64,000 nucleotides of DNA, taken from the NCBI GenBank assembly GCA_965217895.1, contig CBDCJV010000002.1, positions 1,088,001 through 1,152,000 of the forward strand, given 5' to 3'. A program made the position numbers and the translations under genes. The stretch is from Waterburya sp. (GTDB taxonomy: Bacteria > Cyanobacteriota > Cyanobacteriia > Cyanobacteriales > Xenococcaceae). This document shows positions 10,141 to 19,562 of this stretch, one piece after another. How positions within the stretch are numbered: position 1 is the first letter of the stretch; each line of letters opens with the position of its first letter. A model generated the notes under the pieces. That model searched no databases. It was not told the DNA's origin and worked only from the letters and a program-made list of their open reading frames with translations.

Positions 10141-10258
10141 GTAAGAGCTAACGATTGTTCGCCCCTACCCAAAACTTAATCTGTTGCCAACTTTATTTGA
10201 CTTGGTATAACTACAGACTTTTCTTCAACATTACTCGTACACAATCTATACCCCTAGC

Positions 10259-10286
10259 TTGAACTTCAAAGATAGAATTTTATAAT
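10259..10286 (+). promoter_or_regulatory. Candidate sigma70-type promoter for the MFS-yjdF pair
   Basis: TTGAAC-16 nt-TATAAT, about 80 nt upstream of the MFS ATG. Confidence 0.4.
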
Positions 10287-10367
10287 TGCGATTGGCTGTG
10301 TGCAGCTTGTAATCCTGCTCTAAAAGCATTCAACAAAGATCGAACATTTGCCCCCAAACCAAAATTA

Positions 10368-11549
10368 ATGAAGCGACATAATCCAGATTCATTTTTGATC
10401 AAAGCGACTCTGTTACTAATTAGTACCTTGACTGTCATGGCTGGGGCAGCGATCGCGCCGTCCTTACCAGCAATGGAAAAGCATTTTGCCGATGTGGAGA
10501 ATGCCGAATATTTAGTCAAATTGGCTTTGACTATCCCCGCTTTATTTATTGCCCTTTTTAGCTTCATAGTCGGAATGTCAATCAACAGCATTGGACGTAA
10601 GCCATTGCTGTTGGTTTCAACTTTACTCTTTGCCTGTGCAGGAAGTGCGGGTTTTGTCTTAAATTCCTTATGGGCTATTATCTTGAGCCGAGTCTTAGTT
10701 GGTCTATCGGTAGCGGGAACAATGACTGGGGTAATGACGATTATCAGCGACTACTATCAGGGTCAAAAGCGTGCCAACTTTATGGGTCTACAAGCTGCTT
10801 CTATGGGTTTTGGAGGGATGGTATTTGCGGCCGCTGGAGGAATAAGTGCCGATTTTAACTGGCGTTTTCCTTTTTTAATTTACTTATTGGCTTTTTTCGT
10901 TTTTATTTTAGTAGCGATCGCCATATACGAACCCGAACCAGACAAGATTAGGAATACCAAACGTCAAGCTTTTGTGCTACCCAAAGAATCAATTGGCATA
11001 ATCTATGCTTTAGGACTAATTTATATGGTTGCTTACTATTTAATTTTTGTGCAGCTACCGTTTTATCTACAAGAAATTAGTAATGCCAGCGCAGCCCAAA
11101 GCGGTATAGCCCTGGCGATTTCCACCTTAGCAGGGGCGATCGCCTCTTCTCAATATGGCACGATTAAAAAACATCTCGATTTTAGCAGCATCATAATTAT
11201 TGCCCTGGCATTGACGGCAGTTGGTCAATTTATTATGGGGTTTGGAGACAGCTATCGAATAGAGTTGTGCGGTTTGATCATTGGCGGAGTGGGATTTGGT
11301 CTAATTATGCCTAACTTTAGCAACTGGCTGGCGACTATTATGCCCAATCATCTTCGTGGTCGAGCTTTGGGCGGATTAACCACTTTCTTATTTTTGGGTC
11401 AGTTTATTTCACCAATTATCAGTCAACCGATTATCAAAGTTGTCGGCTTTGCTAATACCTATAGCTTGAGTGCTATTTTACTGCTACAGCTAGCCATAAC
11501 ACTTTTGGTAGTCAAAATTTCCACGGCATTTATCGCCGAGAAAATTTGA
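10368..11549 (+). CDS. Major facilitator superfamily transporter (drug:H+ antiporter-like)
   Basis: About 12 hydrophobic segments; motif A-like G..INSIGRKPLL; WRFPF. Confidence 0.88.
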   Translation: MKRHNPDSFLIKATLLLISTLTVMAGAAIAPSLPAMEKHFADVENAEYLVKLALTIPALFIALFSFIVGMSINSIGRKPLLLVSTLLFACAGSAGFVLNSLWAIILSRVLVGLSVAGTMTGVMTIISDYYQGQKRANFMGLQAASMGFGGMVFAAAGGISADFNWRFPFLIYLLAFFVFILVAIAIYEPEPDKIRNTKRQAFVLPKESIGIIYALGLIYMVAYYLIFVQLPFYLQEISNASAAQSGIALAISTLAGAIASSQYGTIKKHLDFSSIIIIALALTAVGQFIMGFGDSYRIELCGLIIGGVGFGLIMPNFSNWLATIMPNHLRGRALGGLTTFLFLGQFISPIISQPIIKVVGFANTYSLSAILLLQLAITLLVVKISTAFIAEKI

Positions 11550-11559
11550 AATTAGAGAC

Positions 11560-11973
11560 ATGAAACTCTCAATTTTATTTGAATCTCCTTTTTGGATTGC
11601 CTTACTTGAAGAAGAAAGTGACGGTTTGCTGTATGCAGCACGTCATGTTTTTGGTTCCGAACCAAGCTCAGAAAACGTTTATGAATTTATTTTGAGTGGA
11701 GAATACAAAATTTTAGTTGAGAGTATGACAGTAGGCTTACTCGTAAAGCGATCGCGCCAACGCCGTATCAATCCCAAACGTCTGCAACGCCAAATTAGGC
11801 AAGAAAAAGAGCGCTCGGGCATTTCTAATCAATCGCGAGAAGTTATGCGACTTCAGCAAGAGCAAAATAAAAAAGAGCGTGCTTCAGTATCTAAAGAAGA
11901 ACGAGAGACCAAACGCAACTATAAGCGCGAACTAGCCAAAAACAAAAGAAAACAAAAACATCGTGGCAGATAA
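11560..11973 (+). CDS. yjdF: YjdF family (DUF2992) protein
   Basis: MKL.I.F..PFW, R(H)VFG.EP, INPKRLQRQ and C-terminal K.KHRGR match the family as I recall it. Confidence 0.8.
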   Translation: MKLSILFESPFWIALLEEESDGLLYAARHVFGSEPSSENVYEFILSGEYKILVESMTVGLLVKRSRQRRINPKRLQRQIRQEKERSGISNQSREVMRLQQEQNKKERASVSKEERETKRNYKRELAKNKRKQKHRGR

Positions 11974-12065
11974 GACCGCAGTAGGTTAATCGGTTAGCAC
12001 AGAAGATTTAACTGCCCGCAAGTAACGAGTAATGAGTATCTGAATACAAGGCACGTATTGCTTAT
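11974..12065 (-). mobile_element. MITE-like repeat, degenerate copy B
   Basis: Reverse complement AGCAATACGTGCC...TTACTTGCGGGCAGTTAAATCTTCTGTGCTAACCGATTAACCTACTGCG aligns by eye with the copy at 19093-19393. Confidence 0.5.
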
Positions 12066-12477
12066 TTGGGTAGAGGTAAATGGCTATTCATCCTTGCAGA
12101 ATAGTCTAGTCTTACGTATGAACGTTAGAACATTTCGTTAAATACTACTCCCTGCGAGGGGTTACTCCTTGGCTACTTTCGAGCCAATCACCCTCACTGT
12201 GGCGATCTAATCTTGTACGACTATATGTTGTTCGGCGATCAACAAAAAACAGACATAAATTAAGCAGTTTTGAAACCTTTCCTCGTCTCGTTTATAGCTT
12301 TCAAATGCCATACTCAAAACTACAATACTTTAATCGCTTTTGCCGACAGCAATTATTCAAATTTAAAATTTTAGATTTCCCAATTCTCGGCTATGAGCGA
12401 ACCACCTCGATCAATCAAATGTATCTTAGCAAAAGTTTCTTATATAACAACTCTGCTGAACGGAGCAATCAAATAAT

Positions 12478-13659
12478 ATGACAGGACAAACTGTAAATAA
12501 AGGTCGCCTAGCAGTCTCTCTGGCTGCATTGGCTTCGTTGATTCCAGGTCTAGCTGCACTATATTTTTGGCGACTTCAGGCTAACCCACCCGTGGCAACT
12601 ACTGCTCCTGAAGCTGTTCCTGAAGTCCCAGTTGCCAGAAACGTAACTTCTTTGGGTCGTGTTGAACCAAAAGGAGAAGTTATTACAGTTAGCGGAACTG
12701 TTGGCAGTCGCATTAGCCAGTTGTTGGTCGATGAAGGTCAGCAGCTAAAAAAAGGGCAGGCGATCGCTTATTTGGACGATTATGGCGAAAAGCTAGCTGA
12801 TAAAAACCTAGCTGCTAGTCAATTAGAAGACGCTCGTGAGCGTTACAATACCGTCACAAAATATGGCGAAGCTCAAATTGAAGAAGCGATGACTCGCATT
12901 GAGCAGATTAAAATGCCTGAATCTTTTCAAGTTAATGCTCAAAATGCTACGGTCAAGCAGTTATCGGCAGAGTTAGAGACAGTAAAGAAAGATTACGAAC
13001 GCAATAAGTATTTAGTCAAGCAAGGGGCAGTTTCCCAAGAAGTTCTAGATGAAAAAGCAGTCAATTACTTTACCAAAAGAGGCGAACTAGAAAATGCCCA
13101 AGCACAGTTATCACAGTTTACTGAAGCACGCCAATCAAATTTAGGCAATGCTGAAGCCCAACTACAGTCTGCCAAAGCTTCTTTAGCTAAAACTCAAGCT
13201 GAAATTGAAGTCAAGTCCTCACAGAGTAATTTGGAACTAGCCGAAGCAAGTTTAGAGCGTACCATAATTCGCGCACCGCGATCGGGTGAAGTTTTAGACG
13301 TAGTAGCTCGTTCAGGGGAGGTTATTGCAGACAAAGGCATTTTGCAGCTTGGTAATGTCGATCAAATGTATGTGGTTGCAGAAATTTATGAAAGCGATAT
13401 CGGCAAGATTAAACTCGGTCAACAAGCAGTTATTACCGATCCCAGTTTGCCGAGAAAGCTGACAGGTACTGTAGAGCGAATTAGTTCGCAGATCAGTAAA
13501 AAAGACGTTTTAGATACCGATCCTGCTGCCGATACAGATTCGAGGGTAATTGAAGCCAAAATTCGTCTAAATCCTCAAGATAGTTCCGTGGTCGCAGGTT
13601 TGATTAATTTACAGGTTGATGTAGAAATCAAATCAGCCGATGTTGCCATAAAGTCTTAA
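12478..13659 (+). CDS. devB: ABC exporter membrane fusion protein, DevB/HlyD family
   Basis: N-terminal TM segment, LGRVEPKGEV, coiled-coil hairpin, VAEIYESDI and DTDPAADTDSRVIE. Confidence 0.88.
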   Translation: MTGQTVNKGRLAVSLAALASLIPGLAALYFWRLQANPPVATTAPEAVPEVPVARNVTSLGRVEPKGEVITVSGTVGSRISQLLVDEGQQLKKGQAIAYLDDYGEKLADKNLAASQLEDARERYNTVTKYGEAQIEEAMTRIEQIKMPESFQVNAQNATVKQLSAELETVKKDYERNKYLVKQGAVSQEVLDEKAVNYFTKRGELENAQAQLSQFTEARQSNLGNAEAQLQSAKASLAKTQAEIEVKSSQSNLELAEASLERTIIRAPRSGEVLDVVARSGEVIADKGILQLGNVDQMYVVAEIYESDIGKIKLGQQAVITDPSLPRKLTGTVERISSQISKKDVLDTDPAADTDSRVIEAKIRLNPQDSSVVAGLINLQVDVEIKSADVAIKS

Positions 13660-13688
13660 TCCATTCCAGCGTTTTGCTGAATTTTAAT

Positions 13689-14849
13689 ATGCGCAGTCTA
13701 ATTCCACCATTAGCATGGTTGCAATTAACTAGAGAGAAAACTCGTTTATTAGTAGCATTAGCAGGTATTGCCTTTGCAGTAATTTTGATGTTGATGCAGC
13801 TAGGTTTTCGTGATGCTCTATTTGATAGTGCAGTCAGAATACATCATCAATTAAAGAGCGATATATTTATTCTCAACTCCGAGTCTCTTTCTCTGGTTGA
13901 ATTAAAAGAGTTTTCTCAAAGACGCTTATATCAAGCTTTAGGATTACCTGGAGTTGAGTCTGTTAGTCCCATATATATTAGTTACGGTTCTTGGAAAAAT
14001 CCTCAAACGGGAGGAAAACGTAGTCTGATGACTGTTGGCATCGATATTGAGCATAATGTCTTGGACTTGCCCGCAGTTAAGCGAAATTTGCCTGCACTCA
14101 GAGAAGACGACTCAGTTTTATTTGATCGCGCATCGCGACCAGAATTTGGCGATATTGCTAAGTTATTAAAGCAAAAATCTAGGGTCACGGTAGAATTAGA
14201 AAACCGCCGCGTTACCGTAAAAGGTTTGTTTAATCTTGGAGCTTCTTTTGGTTCTGATGGTACTGTAATCACCAGCGATCTCAACTTTATTCGTATTTTT
14301 AATCAACAACGCTCGAAGGGTTTAATCGATATAGGTGCAATATCACTCAAAAAAGGTGCATCAACCGCCCAAACTATTCAACAACTGCAAAAGAGTTTAC
14401 CCCAGGACATTCAAGTATTGTCAAAAGCTCAGTTTATTGAGTTCGAGAAAAATTACTGGCGAGGCAGTACTGCCATTGGCTTTATTTTTACCGTAGGCGC
14501 AATACTGGGTTTTGTTGTTGGTACGGTAATTGTCTACCAAATTCTCTATGCTGACGTTACCGACCAACTAGTTGAGTATGCCACCCTCAAGGCAATAGGC
14601 TATAGCAACCTTTATTTATCTAAACTTGTATTTCAAGAAGCAGTACTGCTTTCTATTCTAGGATTTATTCCTGGATTCGCTGTGTGCTTACAGCTTTATC
14701 AGGGTGCTAGGGAGGGGTCTGGTCTACCTCTGGAGATGACTTTAAAACGAAGCCTAACGGTTTTTTTGCTGACTATACTAATGTGTGCCATTTCAGGATT
14801 AATTGCTATGCGTAAAACTCGCTCTGCCGATCCTGCCGATATTTTTTAA
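13689..14849 (+). CDS. devC: ABC exporter permease, DevC family
   Basis: LAWLQL..EK.RLLVALAGIAFA, EYATLKAIGY and C-terminal ADPADIF. Alternative TTG start at 13674. Confidence 0.92.
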   Translation: MRSLIPPLAWLQLTREKTRLLVALAGIAFAVILMLMQLGFRDALFDSAVRIHHQLKSDIFILNSESLSLVELKEFSQRRLYQALGLPGVESVSPIYISYGSWKNPQTGGKRSLMTVGIDIEHNVLDLPAVKRNLPALREDDSVLFDRASRPEFGDIAKLLKQKSRVTVELENRRVTVKGLFNLGASFGSDGTVITSDLNFIRIFNQQRSKGLIDIGAISLKKGASTAQTIQQLQKSLPQDIQVLSKAQFIEFEKNYWRGSTAIGFIFTVGAILGFVVGTVIVYQILYADVTDQLVEYATLKAIGYSNLYLSKLVFQEAVLLSILGFIPGFAVCLQLYQGAREGSGLPLEMTLKRSLTVFLLTILMCAISGLIAMRKTRSADPADIF

Positions 14850-14853
14850 AACC

Positions 14854-15543
14854 ATGAAATCATCAAAGACAGTTGTGGAGATCGATCGGCTTAACTACCA
14901 TCTCGGCAAGGGGAAGCTACGTAAGCAAATTTTATTTGATATCGATGCCAAGATTGAGCCAGGGGAAATTGTTTTTCTAACTGGTCCTTCAGGTTCGGGT
15001 AAAACTACCTTGCTGACCTTAATTGGAGGATTGCGATCGCCCCAGTCGGGAAGTCTCCAAGTTTTAGGAGAAGAGCTAACTCAGGCATCGTCCAGGCAGC
15101 TAAGATACCTACGTCGCAACATCGGCTATATTTTTCAAACTCACAATTTACTCAATTCTCTGACTGCTCGACAAAACGTACAGATGGCGATGGGTTTACA
15201 TTCAGATATTCCTCGTCGTGAGGGGATTAAAAGAGCCGAAGAAATCTTAACTAAAGTTGGTTTGGGCGAGTTTATTAACGTCCACCCTAATAAGCTTTCG
15301 ATCGGTCAACAACAGCGTGTGGCGATCGCTCGTGCCTTGGCTTCTCACCCCAAAATTGTTCTAGCCGATGAACCTACCGCATCTCTCGATAAGAAATCGG
15401 GTTTGGAGGTGATTGAATTGATGCAGGATTTAGCCAAAAAGCAAAGCTGCACCGTGGTCTTGGTAACTCATGATGTTCGTATTTTCGATTATGCAGATCG
15501 CCGACTCAATCTGGAGGATGGGCGTTTATCAGCAATAGATTGA
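14854..15543 (+). CDS. devA: ABC exporter ATP-binding subunit, DevA family
   Basis: GPSGSGKTT, LSIGQQQRVAIARAL, ADEPT and VTHD motifs; ATG shortly after the devC stop. Confidence 0.92.
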   Translation: MKSSKTVVEIDRLNYHLGKGKLRKQILFDIDAKIEPGEIVFLTGPSGSGKTTLLTLIGGLRSPQSGSLQVLGEELTQASSRQLRYLRRNIGYIFQTHNLLNSLTARQNVQMAMGLHSDIPRREGIKRAEEILTKVGLGEFINVHPNKLSIGQQQRVAIARALASHPKIVLADEPTASLDKKSGLEVIELMQDLAKKQSCTVVLVTHDVRIFDYADRRLNLEDGRLSAID

Positions 15544-15592
15544 CCGTTATTCAGATATTTAAAGCTACAAAAATTACTACAGGAAATTAATC

Positions 15593-17647
15593 ATGGATTA
15601 TAAGGAAAAATTCGCCTGCGCCATTGGTATGTGTTCGGCAATCTTATTTGGTAATAATACTTCAGCTACGGCAGAAAATATCCCGACTGACATTAAAGTC
15701 AAACAGCCAGAGCGATCGCATTCTGGCGTAAAAAGATTACAAACTAATCTCACCATTCCCTTGCTGCCAAATTCACAACAGTTTGCCATAGCCGATCCGC
15801 AGCGATTTTTAACTGCTACTCAATGGCATTTTTTACTGAATAATAAATTATCTCAGCTAACTCAACTGTCAGAGCGACAAAATTCAAAACCCACCCTGCC
15901 ATCAGTTTTGAATCAGGGCGCATTTAGTACTAGTGCCAACGACCTTTTGCTGCTTCCTAGCCAAAGCGATCGCTTATTTGTTGATTCAGAACAGCCTAGT
16001 ATTCAACAAGCCATAGCTACCAATACGGCAGAAGATATACCCACTGAGATAAAAAACGATCAACCAGAGCGATCGCCTTCTAAGGTGAAAAGATTGAAAC
16101 CCGATCTTACTAAGCCCCTGCTGTCGAATTCACAGCAGCTTACCATAGCCGATCCGCAGCAATTTTTAACTGCTACCGAATGGGATTTTTTACCTGCGAG
16201 TGATGAATTATCTCAGTTAACTCCACTCTTTGATCGAGAAGGCTCAAAATCCAACCTGCCAGCAATGTTGAATTTGGGAGCATTTGGCACTAATACCGAC
16301 AATCCCCTACTGCTTCCTAATCAACCCAATCAAGTAACTATTGATTTAGAAAAACCGATTACGCTTAAACAAGCTGTATCGATTGCTCTTAGCAGCAATC
16401 AAGATATAGAAATATCTCGATTGAATATCAATACTGCTTTAGAATTGCTACAGGAAGCTAAAGCAGCCCGCTTTCCTACTTTAGACGCATCAACGGGTTT
16501 TGACAATGCACAAGCTGCTGTTGGCGGCGCTGCTAGTGCTGACGTTAGTACTGGTGCTGCTATTGGTGTAATCGATCAGTCCCAAATATCGAATATTTCC
16601 ACCACGACGAACTCATTTAATAGTTCATTATCCCTCAACTACAATCTCTATACGGGCGGAAGTATTGGAGCAACTATTAATAGTGCCGAAAAACAAGTCC
16701 GCTTGGGGCAGCTAGCTTTACAGCAGACTATTGCCGAGACTAGCTTGCTGGTTGCCACTAATTACTATGATTTACAGGGTGCTAATGCCAATGTAGATAT
16801 CGAACAAGCTGCTGTAGACGATGCTCAACGAACCTTAAAGGATGCCCAGATTCTCGAACGTGCAGGATCGGGTACAAAATTTGAAGTATTACAGGCTAAG
16901 GTAGCACTAGCTCAGGCAAAACAACAATTAAAACTTGAGCAAGCTAATCAAAATATTGCCCAAAGAACCCTAGCGGATACCTTAAATATAGGACAAAAAG
17001 TCCAGCTAAAGGCTGGTGATACGATTCAGATTGCTAATTCGTGGAAACCTTCTTTGCCAAAAAGTATTGTTATGGCATATAAAAATCGCCCTGAAATAAA
17101 ACAATATCTATTAGAGAAAGAAGTCAACATCCAACAGCGTAAAATTGCTTTAGCCGCAAATCGACCTCAGGTTAGCTTGGTTGCTAGCTACAATCTTCAG
17201 GATCAGTTAAATGACAATACAAACATGGCTGATGGCTATTCCGTTGGCGCAAGTGCCAAGTGGGCTTTGTTTGATGGAGGCGTAGCACGAGCTAGAGCTA
17301 GACAGGCAGATACAAATATTCAGATTGACGAGGCACAATTTGCCAATCAACGAGATGCAGTTCGTTTGGAAGTAGAGAACGCCTACTATACCCTCAATGC
17401 TAATCAAGAAAATACAGATACTGCAATCCAAGCAGTTAAACTAGCTGAAGAAAGTTTGAGATTAGCCAGATTAAGGTTTCAGGCAGGGGCTGGCACACAA
17501 ACTGACGTAATTAATGCTCAAGCAGCATTGACTACTGCTCGTGGCGATTTGTTAACCGCCATTATTGACTACAATAAGTCTTATGCCCAAATTCAGAGAG
17601 CCGTGAATAATTTACCTGATTTGCCAGAAATTCAGCAAAAAAGCTAA
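15593..17647 (+). CDS. TolC family outer membrane efflux protein with a duplicated N-terminal region
   Basis: Two OEP repeats (ITLKQAV.IAL..N, YYDLQ, ARLRFQAGAGTQTDVINAQ) and an N-terminal signal-like segment. Confidence 0.88.
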   Translation: MDYKEKFACAIGMCSAILFGNNTSATAENIPTDIKVKQPERSHSGVKRLQTNLTIPLLPNSQQFAIADPQRFLTATQWHFLLNNKLSQLTQLSERQNSKPTLPSVLNQGAFSTSANDLLLLPSQSDRLFVDSEQPSIQQAIATNTAEDIPTEIKNDQPERSPSKVKRLKPDLTKPLLSNSQQLTIADPQQFLTATEWDFLPASDELSQLTPLFDREGSKSNLPAMLNLGAFGTNTDNPLLLPNQPNQVTIDLEKPITLKQAVSIALSSNQDIEISRLNINTALELLQEAKAARFPTLDASTGFDNAQAAVGGAASADVSTGAAIGVIDQSQISNISTTTNSFNSSLSLNYNLYTGGSIGATINSAEKQVRLGQLALQQTIAETSLLVATNYYDLQGANANVDIEQAAVDDAQRTLKDAQILERAGSGTKFEVLQAKVALAQAKQQLKLEQANQNIAQRTLADTLNIGQKVQLKAGDTIQIANSWKPSLPKSIVMAYKNRPEIKQYLLEKEVNIQQRKIALAANRPQVSLVASYNLQDQLNDNTNMADGYSVGASAKWALFDGGVARARARQADTNIQIDEAQFANQRDAVRLEVENAYYTLNANQENTDTAIQAVKLAEESLRLARLRFQAGAGTQTDVINAQAALTTARGDLLTAIIDYNKSYAQIQRAVNNLPDLPEIQQKS
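15668..16357 (+). repeat. Diverged tandem duplication (~357-360 bp, ~119 aa, x2) inside the TolC N-terminus
   Basis: TAENIPTDIK..QPERS..VKRL..L..PLL.NSQQ..IADPQ.FLTAT.W occurs twice, from 15668 and from 16025. Confidence 0.9.
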
Positions 17648-17685
17648 GCAATTAGAGCTTGAATCTAAAAACCTTGAAATGCCGA

Positions 17686-17934
17686 TTATTCTTTCCAATA
17701 GCCAAATTCTGGCTCATAGCAAGTACCATCGAGATCGCTAAGGCGATCGCCTATGTAAGATTGTGCATCAATAATTGCTTGGTTGTAGACACTAGGACAA
17801 ATTTCTTGCAGGCAAAAGTTTAGAAGTAGTGAAGCTTTTAGATCGCCGATCTCTTCGCCCATTTCTGCTTCAAAATATCGTTTGATTGATTCGATTGACT
17901 TTTGTTTTGCTTCTTTTGATAGTTTGAGCGTCAT
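17686..17934 (-). CDS. DUF2164 family protein
   Basis: L.KE.K...I.SIKRYF..E..EEIGDL.A.LLL.F...I.P..YNQAI.DAQ pattern. Confidence 0.8.
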   Translation of the reverse strand: MTLKLSKEAKQKSIESIKRYFEAEMGEEIGDLKASLLLNFCLQEICPSVYNQAIIDAQSYIGDRLSDLDGTCYEPEFGYWKE

Positions 17935-18150
17935 TTTAGACTCGCCATGTTGGACTTCCTTAAATTTTATCTAATGAAGCGTTTACAGCACAAATGCTGA
18001 CCTTAATTGACTCAGCAGTAATGCCTATAATCAAGCGAAGCGATCGCTTTATGCCTTTGGGACAAATTAAATTAGATAGCTCGGTGATACGGTCTAGGAA
18101 TAAGGTCAAGTTTACCGTTAGCTTAGAATGCTTTAAATATCTCAACAAGA

Positions 18151-18957
18151 TTAATTGGGATTAATCTCAGGTGCATGATAAATAGTATTTTGCTCAATAT
18201 TATTGGCTGTCTTTACGGGTAAGAATGTTTTTATGACCGCCGCTTTTTTAGCCTTCGTTTTGCCGATGGGCGGAATTTCTAATAAATCCCTTGCTCCCGT
18301 AGCAGCTTGACCAAAAAACAATAATAGTGCCAAACAATTAAGAACTATATGGATATTGCGCATGGTCAGACTGCGATAGATATCATCTACAATGGCGATC
18401 GAAAAAATCATGAGCAAGGATACAGCAATTCCATAATAGTAATGTGACCAATACCATTCATCAGGTAATCGCCAAACCCCATCTTGTTGACCCAGAATAA
18501 TCAAGCCCATCCCTGTCAAAGTCGCAAAAACACCTCGCCATAGCTTAGGTCTAGCTCGTAGCAGTAGAATCAAAGAAACAATCGTGGCGACAAACAACAA
18601 AATAATCAAAATCGCTTGGGGATTATTCTTTTCCCAAAGTTTGCCTTTAATAAAGCTTTTATAAACAATTGAATAAGCGATCGCAATTAAGGAAACAGTA
18701 ACGACGCTAGGAGCTAGCCAACGACCAACCTGGACGTGTTCTCTTCCCACAACCGCAGGAATTTTGCTCTTGCCTTTTTTGCTTTCTAAGCGACGCTGGC
18801 GAGTTTGCCAGGCAAAATTAGCGACTATGCCTACCATAGGAAAAACAAAGGCAACTACAAGTATCGGGTGAATCAGGGCAACTAAGTCTTCACTGCCAAG
18901 ATTGCTAAAAGCGAGATAGTTTTGATGAACAATTAAAGTCCATGTATAGATATTCAT
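18151..18957 (-). CDS. DUF4079 family membrane protein
   Basis: LIHP...V..VFP..G, QTRQRRL, VGREHVQ.GRWL, SHYYYG and TGARDLLEIP. Confidence 0.8.
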   Translation of the reverse strand: MNIYTWTLIVHQNYLAFSNLGSEDLVALIHPILVVAFVFPMVGIVANFAWQTRQRRLESKKGKSKIPAVVGREHVQVGRWLAPSVVTVSLIAIAYSIVYKSFIKGKLWEKNNPQAILIILLFVATIVSLILLLRARPKLWRGVFATLTGMGLIILGQQDGVWRLPDEWYWSHYYYGIAVSLLMIFSIAIVDDIYRSLTMRNIHIVLNCLALLLFFGQAATGARDLLEIPPIGKTKAKKAAVIKTFLPVKTANNIEQNTIYHAPEINPN

Positions 18958-19092
18958 GATGGTTAAAAATTATGGGTAATTAGTTTAAAGATTTTCAACT
19001 TTCTCTTTAGTAAGTTAAAGCACAATTATGAAAACAGACTGAATTTCTTCTGATTTTAAAATGTGTTAGCGATCCCATTGTCAAGATGTTGA

Positions 19093-19393
19093 TATAGCAA
19101 TACGTACTTATATTAGGACACTTGCTACTTGCTACTTGCTACTTGCTACTTGCTACTTGCTACTTGCTACTTGTTACTTGTTACTTGCTACTTGTTACTT
19201 GTTACTTGCTACTTGCTACTTGCTACTTGCTACTTGCTACTTGCTACTTGCTACTTGCTACTTGTTACTTGTTACTTGCTACTTGCTACTTGCTACTTGT
19301 TACTTGTTACTTGCTACTTGCTACTTGCTACTTGCTACTTGCTACTTACGAGCAATTAAATTTTCTGCCCTAACCAGTCAACGTACTGCGATA
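19093..19393 (+). mobile_element. MITE-like repeat, copy C, with expanded internal heptamer array
   Basis: Flanks TATAGCAATACGTACTTATATTAGGACAC and TTACGAG...TAACCAGTCAACGTACTGCGATA are nearly identical to 53955-54052. Confidence 0.75.
19122..19345 (+). repeat. Short tandem repeat (STRR-type) TTG(C/T)TAC x32
   Basis: 224 nt = 32 in-phase heptamers: 24 TTGCTAC and 8 TTGTTAC. Confidence 0.97.
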
Positions 19394-19562
19394 CTCTTTT
19401 GTCGGACAAACCCATACTCAACTATGTGAGTTCGATGAGTCACAAATCTGCTATTTAAATTTAAAGAAGTTTAAAAACTTAGAGTAAACGGTTGCCGTGT
19501 TTTCTTCTATACCTCAGAATAAGTTAAGGAAAGTAAATTATCTATAGACCAGAGAAAATTGC

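Noticed and set aside
17960..18148. 62-aa minus-strand ORF between DUF4079 and DUF2164
   Set aside because: TTG start and no recognisable family; it cannot be supported without a homology search.
19122..19345. Possible CRISPR array
   Set aside because: Contiguous 7-mers with no unique spacers, and no cas genes in the window.
19122..19429. Three overlapping ORFs of repeating LLATCYL
   Set aside because: Artefact of a stop-free 7-nt repeat read in all three frames; TTG starts and no RBS.
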